The position numbers and the translations under genes were made by a program. Source: Felis catus (Eukaryota). Taken from it: DNA of 64,000 nucleotides. The DNA is taken from contig NC_058369.1 in assembly GCF_018350175.1 (NCBI RefSeq), positions 15,564,001-15,628,000 of the forward strand, in the 5' to 3' direction. Shown piece by piece: positions 49,601 through 61,242 of the stretch (within the stretch, counting starts at the first letter, position 1; every line of letters starts with the position of its first letter). Below the pieces are notes generated by a model. It was given only the letters and a program-made list of their open reading frames with translations. It was not told the DNA's origin and ran no database searches.

Positions 49601-52600
49601 CTTATTCCAGAAAGGATTTGAGGCCGGGGCGCCTGGGTGGTTCGGTCAGTTAAGCGTCCGACTTCAGCTCAGGTCATGGTCTCACTGTTCGTGAGTTCGG
49701 GCCCCCCGTCGGGCTCTGGGCTGACAGCTCGGAGCCTGGAGCCTGCTTCGGATTCTGTGTCTCCCTCTCTCTCTGCTCCTCCCCCACTCATTCTCTCTCT
49801 CTCTCCAAATAAACATAAAAAGTTAAAACAGGAAAGAAAGGATTTGAGGCAGCCCACGAAAATATACCTAGCACATTAACATTAAAACAATGTTATTTTT
49901 TTTAAGTTTATTTCTTTATTTTGAGAGAGAGCGAGGGGAGGGGCAGAGAGAGAGACAGAGAGACAGAGAGAGAGTCCCAAGCAGGCTCCACAGTCAGCAC
50001 AGAGCTCTCCCCGGGGCTCGAACTCACGAACGGGGAGATCATGACCTAAGCCGACCTAAGTCAGACGCTTAACCGACTGAGGCGCCCTGCTTTACATGGT
50101 CTTTAAAAGAAAAAACAAAACCAAGAGAAACCCCCAAAAAACCCGGGGGCTGGGAGCAAGGCACGTCTCTCCAGAACGGAGCCCCGAGAGAAACTTGGCC
50201 CTGAGCGGAGCTTGTAAGGGAAACGTGATGACGTGGGCGTGGGGAGCGTGTCCCCATCAGGAATATGACACAAACTCGATGAGCTGATATTTTATGAGCG
50301 GCTTCGCTGTCGCGGGGTTGAACGCTGGACGTGAATGGCATTTCTGGTCGACCAAATCGTGTTCCTGCGGACACGACACGTATCACGAGTCCGGTGGTGT
50401 TCGTGGTGGTTTGGGCGACCGCCTCACGCTCTGGTCCTGCTGACTCTTACACGGCTTCGAACACGGATCTGCCGGTGCCCGGATGCCCGTCCGGGAACTG
50501 GCGCTTTTCCTCCCTATCGACTGCGTATGCCCCCCAGAGCCCCTTTACTTGAAGCCCAGAAGTACTTCGCGAAAAGAATCTTGCGAAGGCGGTGTTTGCT
50601 TAAGGGGTGGGTCCTCCGGTGAGAAATGTGCCTGGGGGCCCATGTCCAGATGGGCCCGGAGCGCACTGGGCCCTCCCCTCCCGCTGAGGCATTGGCACCA
50701 CCTTCCCGGCCACTCCCGAGGCCACCAGAGGAACAGTGTGTGCCCCCTCACCCCAGGGGACGGCAAGCAGAGGTGGGGCGTGTCTTTTATCACTGATCCC
50801 TGAGGTCATCGTGACTTGAGAAGTCATCCACCCAGCTGGGATGACGGGTATGGGGCGGAGACAGATGAGAGCGAGGGCATCGGCCAGCGTGCTGAAGGAC
50901 ATCAAGGGCAAGAGAGGAGGGGTGACCGATGTCCACAGCCAGGGGACACTTTGAGGACACGGAAGGCAGGTCCCTGGAACTTCCCTCCTTCCCCTCAGGT
51001 AAACAAGTGTCCTGGGGGGGGGGGGGAGGGGCTCTCCGGGCTCCCTCCTCCCTCATCAGGGAAGCTGGGCATGTGGCCCAGCCTACACCACCGGGAGAAA
51101 CCATTTCTGACCAGTCTGCAACAATTCATTGGAGGGGAAAAAAAGGAGATTCCAAGAGAAGAGGCCAGGAAATACTAGCCAAGCTTCGAGATGGGACAGA
51201 GTGAGTAGCTGCGGGCTCTAAGTTCTTCCAGAGAAGGCTCACTAGTCTTTTAGCTTGGCCGTGGGACGGGGCGCTGTTGGGGCTACGATGCTGGCCGTCA
51301 CGGAGTCTTGGAGACCAACAGAAGACGCCAGGCACAGTACTGGGCTCGTCGCAGGGTGCCTAAGATGCTATGGGTCATTCTGGTCCTGCTGCCTCAAGAG
51401 AAACACGGTGGGGCTGGAGGAGGCGACGCAGGCGGTCAAGACGGTGAGGGCAGGTGGCCTCTTAGGAACTTCTGAAGGGAAAAGTTGGGATGGATCAAGT
51501 CACCAAAGGTACGGAGAGAGCAAACAGGAGGCGATTCACCGGACAAGAGGGTGGGGAGTCTTAGGGACAAAGCTGGGTGTGTCCCAGTTCTGCCCTCACT
51601 GGTTGGTGCCCCGGGGCAGGCTCCTTTGCCCCTCCGCACCTCGGGTGAGTGGGAGAATGAAATCCACTCGGAAGGGCTTTTGCAAGACTGAGGCAAGGCG
51701 CACGCCCAGCCCGCAGGGGACCGGCTAGGAGTGAACGGGTATGAGGCGGGTGTCACCGGGGGTCCAGGGCGCCTGCCACAGCTTGAGAAAGATGGCAGGT
51801 GCTGGAAACACTGCAGGAAAAACTTTCCACCTGGGGCAGATTAGAGTTCAAGAGCATCTCAGCCCCCTCCCGCGCCCCCGGAAGGAGTATAAAGCTGGGG
51901 GTGCACCAAGGAGAGAAGGTTTGGAAATCAAGCCTGACCAGCAGCTCAGAGCAAAGGTTCTCAGACTCAGCTGCAGATTAGAACCCTCCCGGGGGAAGCT
52001 GTTAACATCCCGAGGCTCAAGTCCCTCCCTGCCCTGATCACTCCAGGGCCTCTTGGGGGAGGACCTGAGATATCAGAGTTCTAGAAGCTCTCCACGTGAC
52101 CCGGATGTGCCGTGCAGTTTGAGAGCCAGCGGGCCAGGGTGTCTGGGGGACGTGCGCAGTCACTTAAGGCTTTTAAAGAAGGGAAGACTCACTGTCCAGG
52201 TGCTCGGTGCCGCTCGGGTGGTGTGGCTTTGGGGACAGCTGCCTGGCACAGACATGCTCATCCGTGTAGGGACCGGGAACGCCCCCACTTCGAGACCGCA
52301 ACTTCAAGCACCTCCGGCCACGTTCACGGTTGCCTCGCAGGGGATTCGTGCCGGTGACGTCGCCGCTGCCCTCCCCCTCCCCCCCCAGCACAGCTTCTGC
52401 GCCCTCACGAGCACGGCCCAGGTCCCGGGCGGGGGGCGCTGTGCGGACCCACCTTGCCGGTGGACTCGGTGCCCCGCAGGATGCAGAGGTACACCACGAG
52501 CCAGGCCAGGAGGAGGCAGAGCCCCTGCTCCCACTGCACGCCCCCGCTGTCCTGGATGGACGGCGAGATGTTGAGGGTCTTCCGGTACCAGAAGTACTGC

Positions 52601-55600
52601 GTCGAGGACGCCTTCTCGCACTCCTCGTCGTAGCCTGTGCGGTTGCTGTTCAGCGGGCACACGGACCACGGCAGGGGATCCTTGGGGATCAGAACAAGCA
52701 CACGGCCAGGTGAGGGCTGGGGCCGAAGGGCAGAGCGGGGAAGGACGGGAGTGGGCCTGACGGGAAGGGTGCCTGGTCCCCAAAGGACAGGAGCATCCGA
52801 AGGCAGACAGGGACCAGGAGGGCCGGTCAGGGGCACAGACGGGCTTAGGGGGAGGAGAGAGGCGGGGAGAGGGCTTTGCGCACCTTCCAACCCCACGGGA
52901 GTTTGTTGAGGATCACCTGGCTCTGTCGTGGGTCCGAGACACTGGACCAGACAGACGACGGCCAGACCGTCTACGAGAATAGAACCCACAACCTCTGCAG
53001 CAATGAGCCCACGGACTCCAGCCACAGCATCTTGCAGGGAGTGGCCTGGAGTGGGGTGGGCAGGACCTGGGCAGTGACAGCCAGTGTCCCTAACTCACGT
53101 GCTCCCCGACCCCAGACCAAGCGGAGAAAGCCCAATCAGCTCCCCTCACCGCACAGACAGCCCCCCCTACCCCAGTCCGGGCACACCGGAAGCCGTGCCT
53201 TTTTTCCCACTGACACACCTTCCCCATTCCTCTCCCTGCCCTGGGGTCTCTGCCGAAGGCAACGATCGCAAGCTCTGGATAAATTGCTTCGGTCTGTTCT
53301 CATTTGGGTGGACTTGGCTTATTTTCACACATTCCTAGCAAGTCCTGGCTTGAATGAGACTCGGGTCCTTCCCTCACTAACAGGCGGTGGGGACTGGCTT
53401 CTCCCAGGACAGACGCTGGGTTTAGAAGTCAGGCAGGGGTGAGGTTCAGCCTCCCTGCAGCCACCTTGTGTGCCTAAGACAGAGAGAATCCAGCACTGCT
53501 GACTTCAGTGGAGCCTGAGTCAAGCTATACCTGAAGCAGTTCCCCTCCTGGATTTTGTAGATAGAGTCAGTAAGAGCCTCTTCTGCTTCAGCTAGTTTGA
53601 ACTGGGTTGTCTGTCACTTGGGAACAAAAGAGCCTAGAGATGTGTGCACAATGAACAGGATAGAAGTGGGAGCTGAGGAAGGGGGGGCGGTGGATTTAAT
53701 TCTGGCTCTGGGGGCAGGGGGCAGGGGTTAGGAGTCCCACTTCTGCTCTGCCAAGCCCCACATCAATCACTATTGCTTGTTTCTGGGTCCCGTAAGCTCA
53801 GATGTCATTAGACAAAAGTTCTCCACTGACAGAAGCAAGTCCTGGCCCACTGGGTTCCATCTGTGTGTTTCAGGGGAAACAGACGTCACCTCATGGGCCA
53901 GGGCCACTCTACCGATGAGCAGCTGGAGCCCAGCTTTGTCCACCTGGAAAATGCTCGGGACCTGTGCAGGGGTCGGGGGTGGACCCCCGGCCTGTTGAAA
54001 TTCGAGTCCGTTTCTAGCTTTGACCAGAATAGTTCTGAAGATGGTCCCCAGCAGTTCCTTCCATGGAAAGGCGGCATTTACGGCCCCTCCCTGTGAATCT
54101 GGGCTGGCCTGTGACAGAATGCAGTGACGTGACGCAGTGCCCCTTCCCATCCCGGGCTTCCTGGGGCCTCGTAGCCCTCATGGTCACGCTCCTGGAAACC
54201 AGCTGATGTGTAAAGACCTTTGGCCATACCGCTGGGCAACAGAGACTCATGGAGAGAATGGCCACGTAGAGCCAACTGGGATGCTCGGCGGCAAACCAGC
54301 GCCATGCCCCAGGCAGGTGGGAGGGTCCCTCGTGGGCTTGGAGTCTGGTGGAGCTACCCAGCCCACAGCCCCTTGGGCCACTGGTCCGTCCACTGGACCG
54401 TTGCTGAGCCAGCCTGGGCTGGCCTGGTTCCCAGCCTCGGCTACGTGACTGAATCCCGGGGAGAAGGGAGGCTTTAAAAAAAAATACGGTGCCCAGGCTG
54501 CACCCCCAGTGACTCTGACTGCATCGGTCTGGGTGGGGCCCGGGCCTCGGAGGTTTGAAAGCTCCCCCAGGGGGGAGGAATTTAAGCGAGTGCAAGGACT
54601 TACGAAACTGACCATTTCCCAGCAGCCAGCCTCCCCTCCTCGGAATCAGTGGGTCAGGCTCGCATTTTGTATCTGTTTTTCTAACAGCCCCCGGTGCTCC
54701 TTGTGGGCAAGGTCCTAGGCAGGAGGCTGGGAGGCCTGGTAGGGGGATGGACAGGCTTCAGCCCCTGCGGCCAGGCTGCTGGCGTCCAGTCTCACAGCTA
54801 CTCAGTTCCCCTCCGCTGATGCGGGGCACCCCACATCGCAGGGCTGTGGTGACGGTTCCTGGGTGATTACCTCTAAAGGGCTTGCGACTGTGCAGGGCCC
54901 TGAGCTGGCTTTGAGGGAGCGACCGCTGCTTCGGGTACTATCATTACGTGACCACGGAGGAGGGCTCCAGAGTGGGGGAACTAAAGGAGAAGTCCCCGGG
55001 GCCTGGGAAGGACAGACCGAATGGATAGTCGAGTGACTTTCAGGAGTTGCTGGGCCTTGCACTTCTGAGACTTAGGAAAACGTGTCTCATTTCTTGAGAC
55101 AACCTTATTTTCACCTTGGGAAGATGGTCAAATATTCCTGATTTTGTTAGAACACGACATGTTGCTTCTACCTTTGGAAAACTGTTTCTATAAGTATACA
55201 GAGGCATAATGCTGGCGATGCATATGGCAACTCTTCAGTTGGAGTTCCATTGTGCAGTGCACCACCCGCCCAACTGTACATGATAGCTCTGCACAGAGGA
55301 GGAGGAGTGGCCACCAGGGGGGAGAGTCAGAGGAGCTGCTGTTTCCACCCAGAAGGTAGAGGAGAGGCAGGGCTGTGGCCAGTCTTCATGGAGTCAGGGA
55401 GAAGATGGGGGCTGCAATTAAGCTCAGAGCAGAGAGCCCTTCCTGTCAGGGATGCACACGAGGCATTTCCCCATGGGGCGACCCGGGTAGGGTTGACCGG
55501 GTGGCCAGAGTGGGGCGTGGATGTAGCATCTTCCGAGTGTAGATGCCACGTTCTGACCACTGAAGTCATTCACCCGGGCATTCCTCGGGGCGCCAAAGGC

Positions 55601-56762
55601 TCCCGGCTGTGCCCAAGTGCTCCAGAGCGTGGCCCCACAAGTTGGGGTTAATCCACAGTCGCTGGTCGGCCCTGCCTTGCTTTTGGACCCTGGGGACAGT
55701 GTCTGTCCTGCAAAGGCCGGGTTCAGTGGCAAAGGGCGTGGCGTCTGCCCGGGGAGCTTCTGTCCGAGAGGGAGGAGGCTGCTGGAAGGCAAGCCGGGGG
55801 AGCGGGGAGGGGGTCCCCGAGAGTGAAAGGCAGGTGCCGAGGAAGAGCCGTGAGCACGGGCGGCAGAGGGGAAGACTCCTCTCGGCTTGGACACAAAGAG
55901 CACCTCTCAGGGAGGAGTTAGGGTTCTCGCTTCTCTACGATGTTCGGCCCCATCCCATGTTCTGCCACGAGCGTCAGCTATGGCCGTAAAACAGAAATAC
56001 AGGTTGAAAGTGTTCATCTTTGGGAGTAGCCCCTGCTGTGTTACAGGGGTGCCGACGGTCGTTCTAGAAGAACTTTGGTCTGCAGGGAAATAAATGTGGG
56101 GGCTCCGGCTGGAGCCAGGAGGCTGGGAGGACAAGCGACCAGAGCTGGAAGGGGGAGGAGGAGGGGAAGGGGGCATGAGTGGGGGTGAGGGGCGTGGCAG
56201 GGCAAGTCCTCCCGCTCTTACTGGGTTGGTGGCTCTCTCCATCCACACATCCTCCCCTGGAGCATCTGGTGGTGCTTCATACTTTGGGGGGGGGGTCGTC
56301 ACATCGTCACATCTTTCAGAATGTGACGCAAGCCAGAAACCCGCTCCCCAGAAACGCGCACACACGCGCGCACACACACACACACACAATGGCAGGGTCC
56401 CGTGGATGCCTGGCTCGGGAGCCCTCCGCTCGCGTGGGGTGCTCAGCCTCCCCCAGCCCCTGAGGCCGCCGCCCCCCCATCCTCACCCCTGTCCCCCCCC
56501 CACCCCACCCCACCCCCCGCCTCGGGGCGTGGCCTTGCTCTCTCCTCTCCCTGCCCCGCTCCCCGCGCCCGCTCGGGCACGGGCTCGCTCACCTGGAAGG
56601 AGTGGAAGAGGTACCAGAAGGCCCAGGCGTTGATGATATTGTAGTACGTGGAGAGAAAGAAGGACACCACCACGCTGGCGAGGCCTGGGAGGGGGCAGAC
56701 GCGCGCTGAGGACTCCCGCGTCCGCCTCTCTCTCTGCCCCTCCCCGGCTCACCCTCTGTCTC

Positions 56763-56805
<43 letters not shown>

Positions 56806-58296
56806 AATACATAATAAAAAGGCATTAAAAAAGCAAACTTAGCATGAGAGGCAGGCTGTCATTGACAAGTGCCACCCTGATGCTTGACGTCACAGGTGCT
56901 CCCCCCTTGGCTTCCCTGACGCTGAGTCACTTGTGCCAAACCCTGCCTCGCAGTGGCCGGGGACGGGGGTACGTGGAGGGGTGTCTGGAGTGGAGGGGCC
57001 TGGAGCCCACACCGGGCCGCCCCCCCCCCCCCCCCCGTCAACCCAGAGCCACCGTGCGCATCTCCGCCCACCCCCACCCTCGGGGACATCTCGTTGGCCG
57101 TCTGAAATTGGCCGGGGCGGAAGTGTTTACACCACGGGTATCAGGGGATGCCGCAAACAGGCCTCCCCTCCCCCACCCACCCCGAGAGCTGGCCGTTAAA
57201 CATTCACCAGCGCCCCTGCTTGGCACACACGTCCGGTATCTTTCCTATTAGGCAGCAAATGCCACCTCTGAGAAGCCCTCTGTGATTGATTACTCGGGCG
57301 GATCGTAAAACCACACACCTCCTTGTTAAAAAGTAACAGCCCTTCGCGATGAGGAGGCAGTTCGGGTTCAGAGATGATGCCCGAGGCCACGGACACACTT
57401 CTTCTGCCTCCGAGACTACATGCCATGCCAAGCATACACCCTCCTTGCTCCTGAAACACCGCTCTGCTTCCCTGCCTACCTGGCTGGAGGCGGGAGGGCT
57501 GAGCAGAAGAGACTGTGGCCAAGGGCTGGCCAAAGTTCCTCCCGCCCACAGGCAGCCCTGGAACGTGAGGGTTGTGCAGGGCGGGTTAACTAGCCATCGC
57601 CGAGAGGCGCCGGGGACGCACCAGGGGACCCGGGAGGCACAGCGCACCCAGCGCGCCACCCATGTCCCCCTCTGCTTCCCCGCACTGGAGACATTAACGG
57701 GCCACCCCACGGGCCCTCGGTGGTGCAACAAAGATAACACGAGCTCGTGTGCAGGTATCATACAGGCTGGCACCCGGCACGTAGTAGGTGCTCACGAGAA
57801 GGAGCCATTAATCATTAGCAAGGAGCAGTTAGAGCTCCCAGAGCGGTAGCTGCTGGGAGACTGAGTTGCAGCTCCTTGGCTGGGCAGCTATTTCCTTTTA
57901 CAGAAGAGCCAGCTGAGGCTCACGGAAGAGAAGCAGTGTGGTATCGGCCCCCCAGAGGGTGTGCCTCCCCCCCTTCGTCACCAACCTGCGGGTAAGGGAT
58001 CCAGCCCCCGTTGGCTGACATCCCGCGGCACCCCCCCCCGCCCCCCGCGCTCTCTCTTGGGCCTTGCGCTCGCCCCTTGCTCCGGCTGCCCTGCCAGCCA
58101 ACGGGCTCCCACCCACACCCCCTGCTGTCCAGGATCCAGGAGAGTGCCCACTTACCAACACCACCAAGGTAGGGGCTGATGGTCCTCCAGGCACCGATGC
58201 TGCCCTGCCGCATGCGCTGGCCCACTGCCAGCTCCAGGTACAGGAGGGGCATGCCCTCTACAACAAGCATGATGATGTAGGGCACCAGGAAACTAC
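37458..58296 (-). CDS. SLC6A20: Sodium/chloride-dependent imino acid transporter SIT1 (XTRP3), 5'-partial, exons 2-11
   Basis: Ten exons join in frame (1658 nt), from [11 protein letters not shown] to [12 protein letters not shown]6/NSS motifs [17 protein letters not shown] and [12 protein letters not shown]; adjacency to SACM1L matches known mammalian synteny. Confidence 0.97.
37782..37948. mobile_element. MER3-like hAT relic (a similar one lies at ~47573-47828)
   Basis: gctgtccgacatggtagc...gtggctactgagc.cttgaaatgtggc core. Confidence 0.7.
39220..39385 (-). CDS. SLC6A20: SLC6A20 exon 10 (166 nt) [21 protein letters not shown]...YQAWDASQ
   Basis: aatag acceptor, GTACCC donor. Confidence 0.95.
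41775..41934 (-). CDS. SLC6A20: SLC6A20 exon 9 (160 nt) [52 protein letters not shown](R)
   Basis: ccccag acceptor, GTGAGG donor. Confidence 0.96.
42450..42575 (-). mobile_element. MIR fragment
   Basis: acagatggggaagccaagggctcagaga core. Confidence 0.6.
43401..43605 (-). CDS. SLC6A20: SLC6A20 exon 8 (205 nt) [16 protein letters not shown]...LPKEAIS(G)
   Basis: ggcag acceptor, GTGAGT donor. Confidence 0.96.
44593..45618. mobile_element. Two minus-strand Can-SINEs (44593-44766, 45415-45618) flanking old L1-like fragments
   Basis: SINE bodies clear; intervening A-rich L1-like sequence less certain. Confidence 0.7.
46693..46855 (-). CDS. SLC6A20: SLC6A20 exon 7 (163 nt) [14 protein letters not shown]...[12 protein letters not shown]
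   Basis: ctgcag acceptor, GTAAGG donor. Confidence 0.95.
47001..47462 (-). mobile_element. Young feline Can-SINE (to 47270) next to an older SINE
   Basis: TAAAAAGTTTATTTA repeated on both sides of the young body. Confidence 0.88.
48202..48443 (-). CDS. SLC6A20: SLC6A20 exon 6 (242 nt) [26 protein letters not shown]...YESCLN(K)
   Basis: ttgcag acceptor, GTAAGC donor, TM6/TM7 motifs. Confidence 0.96.
49222..49332 (-). CDS. SLC6A20: SLC6A20 exon 5 (111 nt) [37 protein letters not shown]
   Basis: cgcag acceptor, GTACGG donor. Confidence 0.96.
49626..50087. mobile_element. Tail-to-tail Can-SINE pair 49626-49829 (+) and 49895-50087 (-)
   Basis: Two copies in opposite orientation. Confidence 0.88.
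52453..52680 (-). CDS. SLC6A20: SLC6A20 exon 4 (228 nt) [16 protein letters not shown]...[10 protein letters not shown]
   Basis: ccaag acceptor, GTGGGT donor; EL2 cysteines and NRT sequon. Confidence 0.96.
53360..54440. mobile_element. MaLR (MLT1-like) LTR relics
   Basis: gctagtttgaactgggtt..ctgtcacttg...aaaagagcct 3' end and cccctccctgtgaatctgggctggcctgtgac motif; boundaries approximate. Confidence 0.55.
56593..56684 (-). CDS. SLC6A20: SLC6A20 exon 3 (92 nt) [30 protein letters not shown]
   Basis: cccag acceptor, GTGAGC donor, TM3 YYN motif. Confidence 0.95.
56710..56833 (+). mobile_element. 5'-truncated Can-SINE (CT block + A tail) beside the SLC6A20 exon 3 acceptor
   Basis: ctctctctctgcccctcccc...(CT)n-caaaaatacataataaaaa. 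Confidence 0.8.
58156..58296 (-). CDS. SLC6A20: SLC6A20 exon 2 (141 nt) [46 protein letters not shown](G)
   Basis: cgcag acceptor, GTAAGT donor on minus strand. Confidence 0.96.
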
Positions 58297-58399
58297 CTGC
58301 GGGTGTCCAGAGCCAACACCAGGCCATCACCGATGAGTTTAACTCCGGAGCCCACCTGACCTCCATGCACATCCACCCTCCCTCCGTTCCTTCCGTCTT

Positions 58400-59455
58400 T
58401 CCACTTGTCCATTCATCTTTCTACCTTTCCACCCACTCATCCTCCCACATCTCCACTCATCCTCCATCCTTCTGCCCTCACTCTCTCCCACCTTTTCCAC
58501 AGCCCACTGTTCTTTCATTCCCCTCGCTCGTACATCACCTATCCATTTTCTTCTATTCATCCATCCACCCATCCAAGCATCCATCCATTCAGCCACCCAT
58601 CCAAGCATCCATCCATCCACCCACCCATCCACCCACCATCCAACCATCCATCCATCCAGCCACCCAGCCACCCATCCATCCAGCCAACCAACCATCCATT
58701 CATCCACCCACCCACGCACCCATTCAACCACCCACCCACCATCCAACCATCCATCCATCCACCCAGTCACTCATCCATCCAACCAACCATCCATCCATCC
58801 ATCCACCCACCCATTCAACCACCCACCCACCATCCATCCATCCATCATCCACCCAGCCACCCATCCATCCAACCAACCATCCATCCATCCATCCATCCAC
58901 CCACCCATCCAACCATCCACCTATCCAAGCATCCATCTACCCACCCACCCACCCACCCACTCATGCATCCACCCATTCACCCATCCATCCTCCCACCCAC
59001 CCACCCACCCATCCATCTATCCACCTACCCATGCACCCATTCAACCACCCACCCACCATCCAACCATCCATCCAGCTATCCAAGTATCCATCCACCCATC
59101 CACTTACCCACCCATCTATCTACCCATTTACCCATCCACCCACCCACCCACCCATCCATCCACCCATTCACCCATCCATCCAACCAACCATCCATCCATC
59201 CATCCATCTACCCACCCATCCATCCATCCATCCATCCACCCATCCAAGCATCCATCCACCACCCAACCATCCATCCACCCACCCACCCACCCACCCATTC
59301 AACCATCCACCCACCATCCAACCATCCATCCATCCATTCACCATCCAACCATCCATCCATCCATCTACCCATCCATCCACCCACCCATCCATCCATCCAT
59401 CCATCCTTCTATCCTTTCTATCTTTCTCTTTCTCCATCCAGCCATTCATCCATCT
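58400..59455 (+). repeat. ~1 kb degenerate (CCAT/CCAC/CCAA)n tetranucleotide array
   Basis: Directly visible; purest ~58557-59405. Confidence 0.97.
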
Positions 59456-60382
59456 GTGATAACATGCAGACTTGCTAGTTAAAAACTTTAAATACTTCCA
59501 TCCTGAGTAGTAAACTGCCATTGTCCCAAGCCCCTTGAGTGCCTCCCTCAATGCCTCAGCTGCCCCAGCCCCTCTGCCAGAAACCCTATTCCATCTTCTG
59601 TGGTAGCAACCAATGGCAGAGGCAGGGGCTTGGTGTCTACGCATGGGGAGACAAGCGGTCCTCAACAGACAGAGCCTAGGCCACCATCTCCTTTTACAGA
59701 GCACCTCCACTGTATGTGTATCTGTTTTACACAGTGGCCCTCAGCTTAACGTTTTGTTTTAATAAAGAGTACTATGGCTAACGCAAACCCACCGGTTCCT
59801 CGGGGCCGTCTGCAGATAAGAGCCTGTGGTGATAGTACGGAGCCAGGGGGTGTGGATGGACTATGGAAGCCCTCCCCACTGCTGGCACCTGGACAGAGGC
59901 GGGCAGCCTGCTGGGGGCTCCCCACACCCCTGCCCTGCACAGCCCTGTCCAAAGCTTCTCCTGTGAGCCCCGCCCCTCCTTCCCTGAAGTCCTGCTCATC
60001 CCTCCCCCCTGCTCCCAGCAACTTGGCAGAGAACCCGGGAAAAGGTCCCAGAGGAGAAGAGGGCAGGACTCCTGATTAAAATAAAACCCTGACATTACAG
60101 CTGCAGGGATTAAGGGCAGGTTACAGAAGGAACTGGTTCCAAAAGTGTTCAGGTAAAGAATGAAATACGTATGCTTCCGTGAACATCGAATATTTACGAA
60201 AATGCCTCCGTCGTGCTTACGTGTTGCCCCAGAGCCTGCTTTCCTCCCCCGACCACAACACGACCATTTGTGTCACCCTCGTGTAGCTGTACGTCATCCC
60301 ACTTGGAAAACACACCCAGATTCATTTCATTGGTCCTCGGACACTGGGCTGTAGCTAGGTCCCTGCTATCATGTAAAAAAAA

Positions 60383-60596
60383 ATTTTTTTTAATGTTTTT
60401 ATTTATTTTTGAAGGAGAGAGAGACAGAGCCTGAGCGGGGAAAGACCAGAGAGAGAGGGAGACACAGAATCCGAAGCAGGCTCCAGGCTCCGAGCTGTCA
60501 GCACAGAGCCCGACGCGGGGCTTGAACTCCTGAACCGTGAGATCATGACCTGAGCTGAAATCGGTCGCTTAACCGACTGAGCCACCCAGGTGCCCC
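60383..60596 (-). mobile_element. Feline Can-SINE
   Basis: Full reverse copy, GGTCCCTGC-like flanks. Confidence 0.9.
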
Positions 60597-61242
60597 GGGT
60601 CCCTGCCATCCTCAACAGAGCAGTGGGACCAAGCTTGGTCCACGTGTTCGGTTCTCTCCTCGGGACAGAGATCCCAGAAGGAGAGTGGCTGGCACCAGGG
60701 CCACGCAGAGATCAGGCAGAGTCAGCTCCCACCGTGGAGAGAAAGCCACGGCCGTGCGCATGGGACCACCGGGCCTCACATTCCCAGCCTCGTCCTCCCT
60801 GCTCACACGGGGGCCTACGACAAGCGCTACCCTCTCACTTCTGGACTCTGTTCTGATGACTGCCAGGCCCCGCCCCCTACCTGCCCCAGGGAAACGTGTT
60901 TGGACGTCTTACCAGGTGCCTCTCAGCAGCAGAGAGTCCAAGAGGCCGGCTGCTCTTGGACTGGAAGGGGGCTGCCACCTACAAACCCAGCAACATTCAA
61001 ACCCTCAGTGGTTCTAAGAAAAAGCTCATTTTCCCCCAAGGCGTTAAACAGTAACCACAGGAGGCCTGGCAAGGTCTTTGACAGGGCCGGGCTGATGGCC
61101 CAGTGCCCACGGGAAGCTGGAAATCCAAGGCCCGTGCCCAGGTGGTAGCATGGGGGCTCTTGAGGCCTGCCCATCAGTCATTTCCATTATCCATCCTCCA
61201 AGTATCCAAACGCACGATCCCAGCGAATTTGCTCAGCCACTA

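Noticed and set aside
58365..59478. 364-aa and 357-aa His/Pro-rich ORFs and Trp/Gly-rich reverse ORFs
   Set aside because: Translations of the (CCAT)n array, which lacks stop codons by composition.
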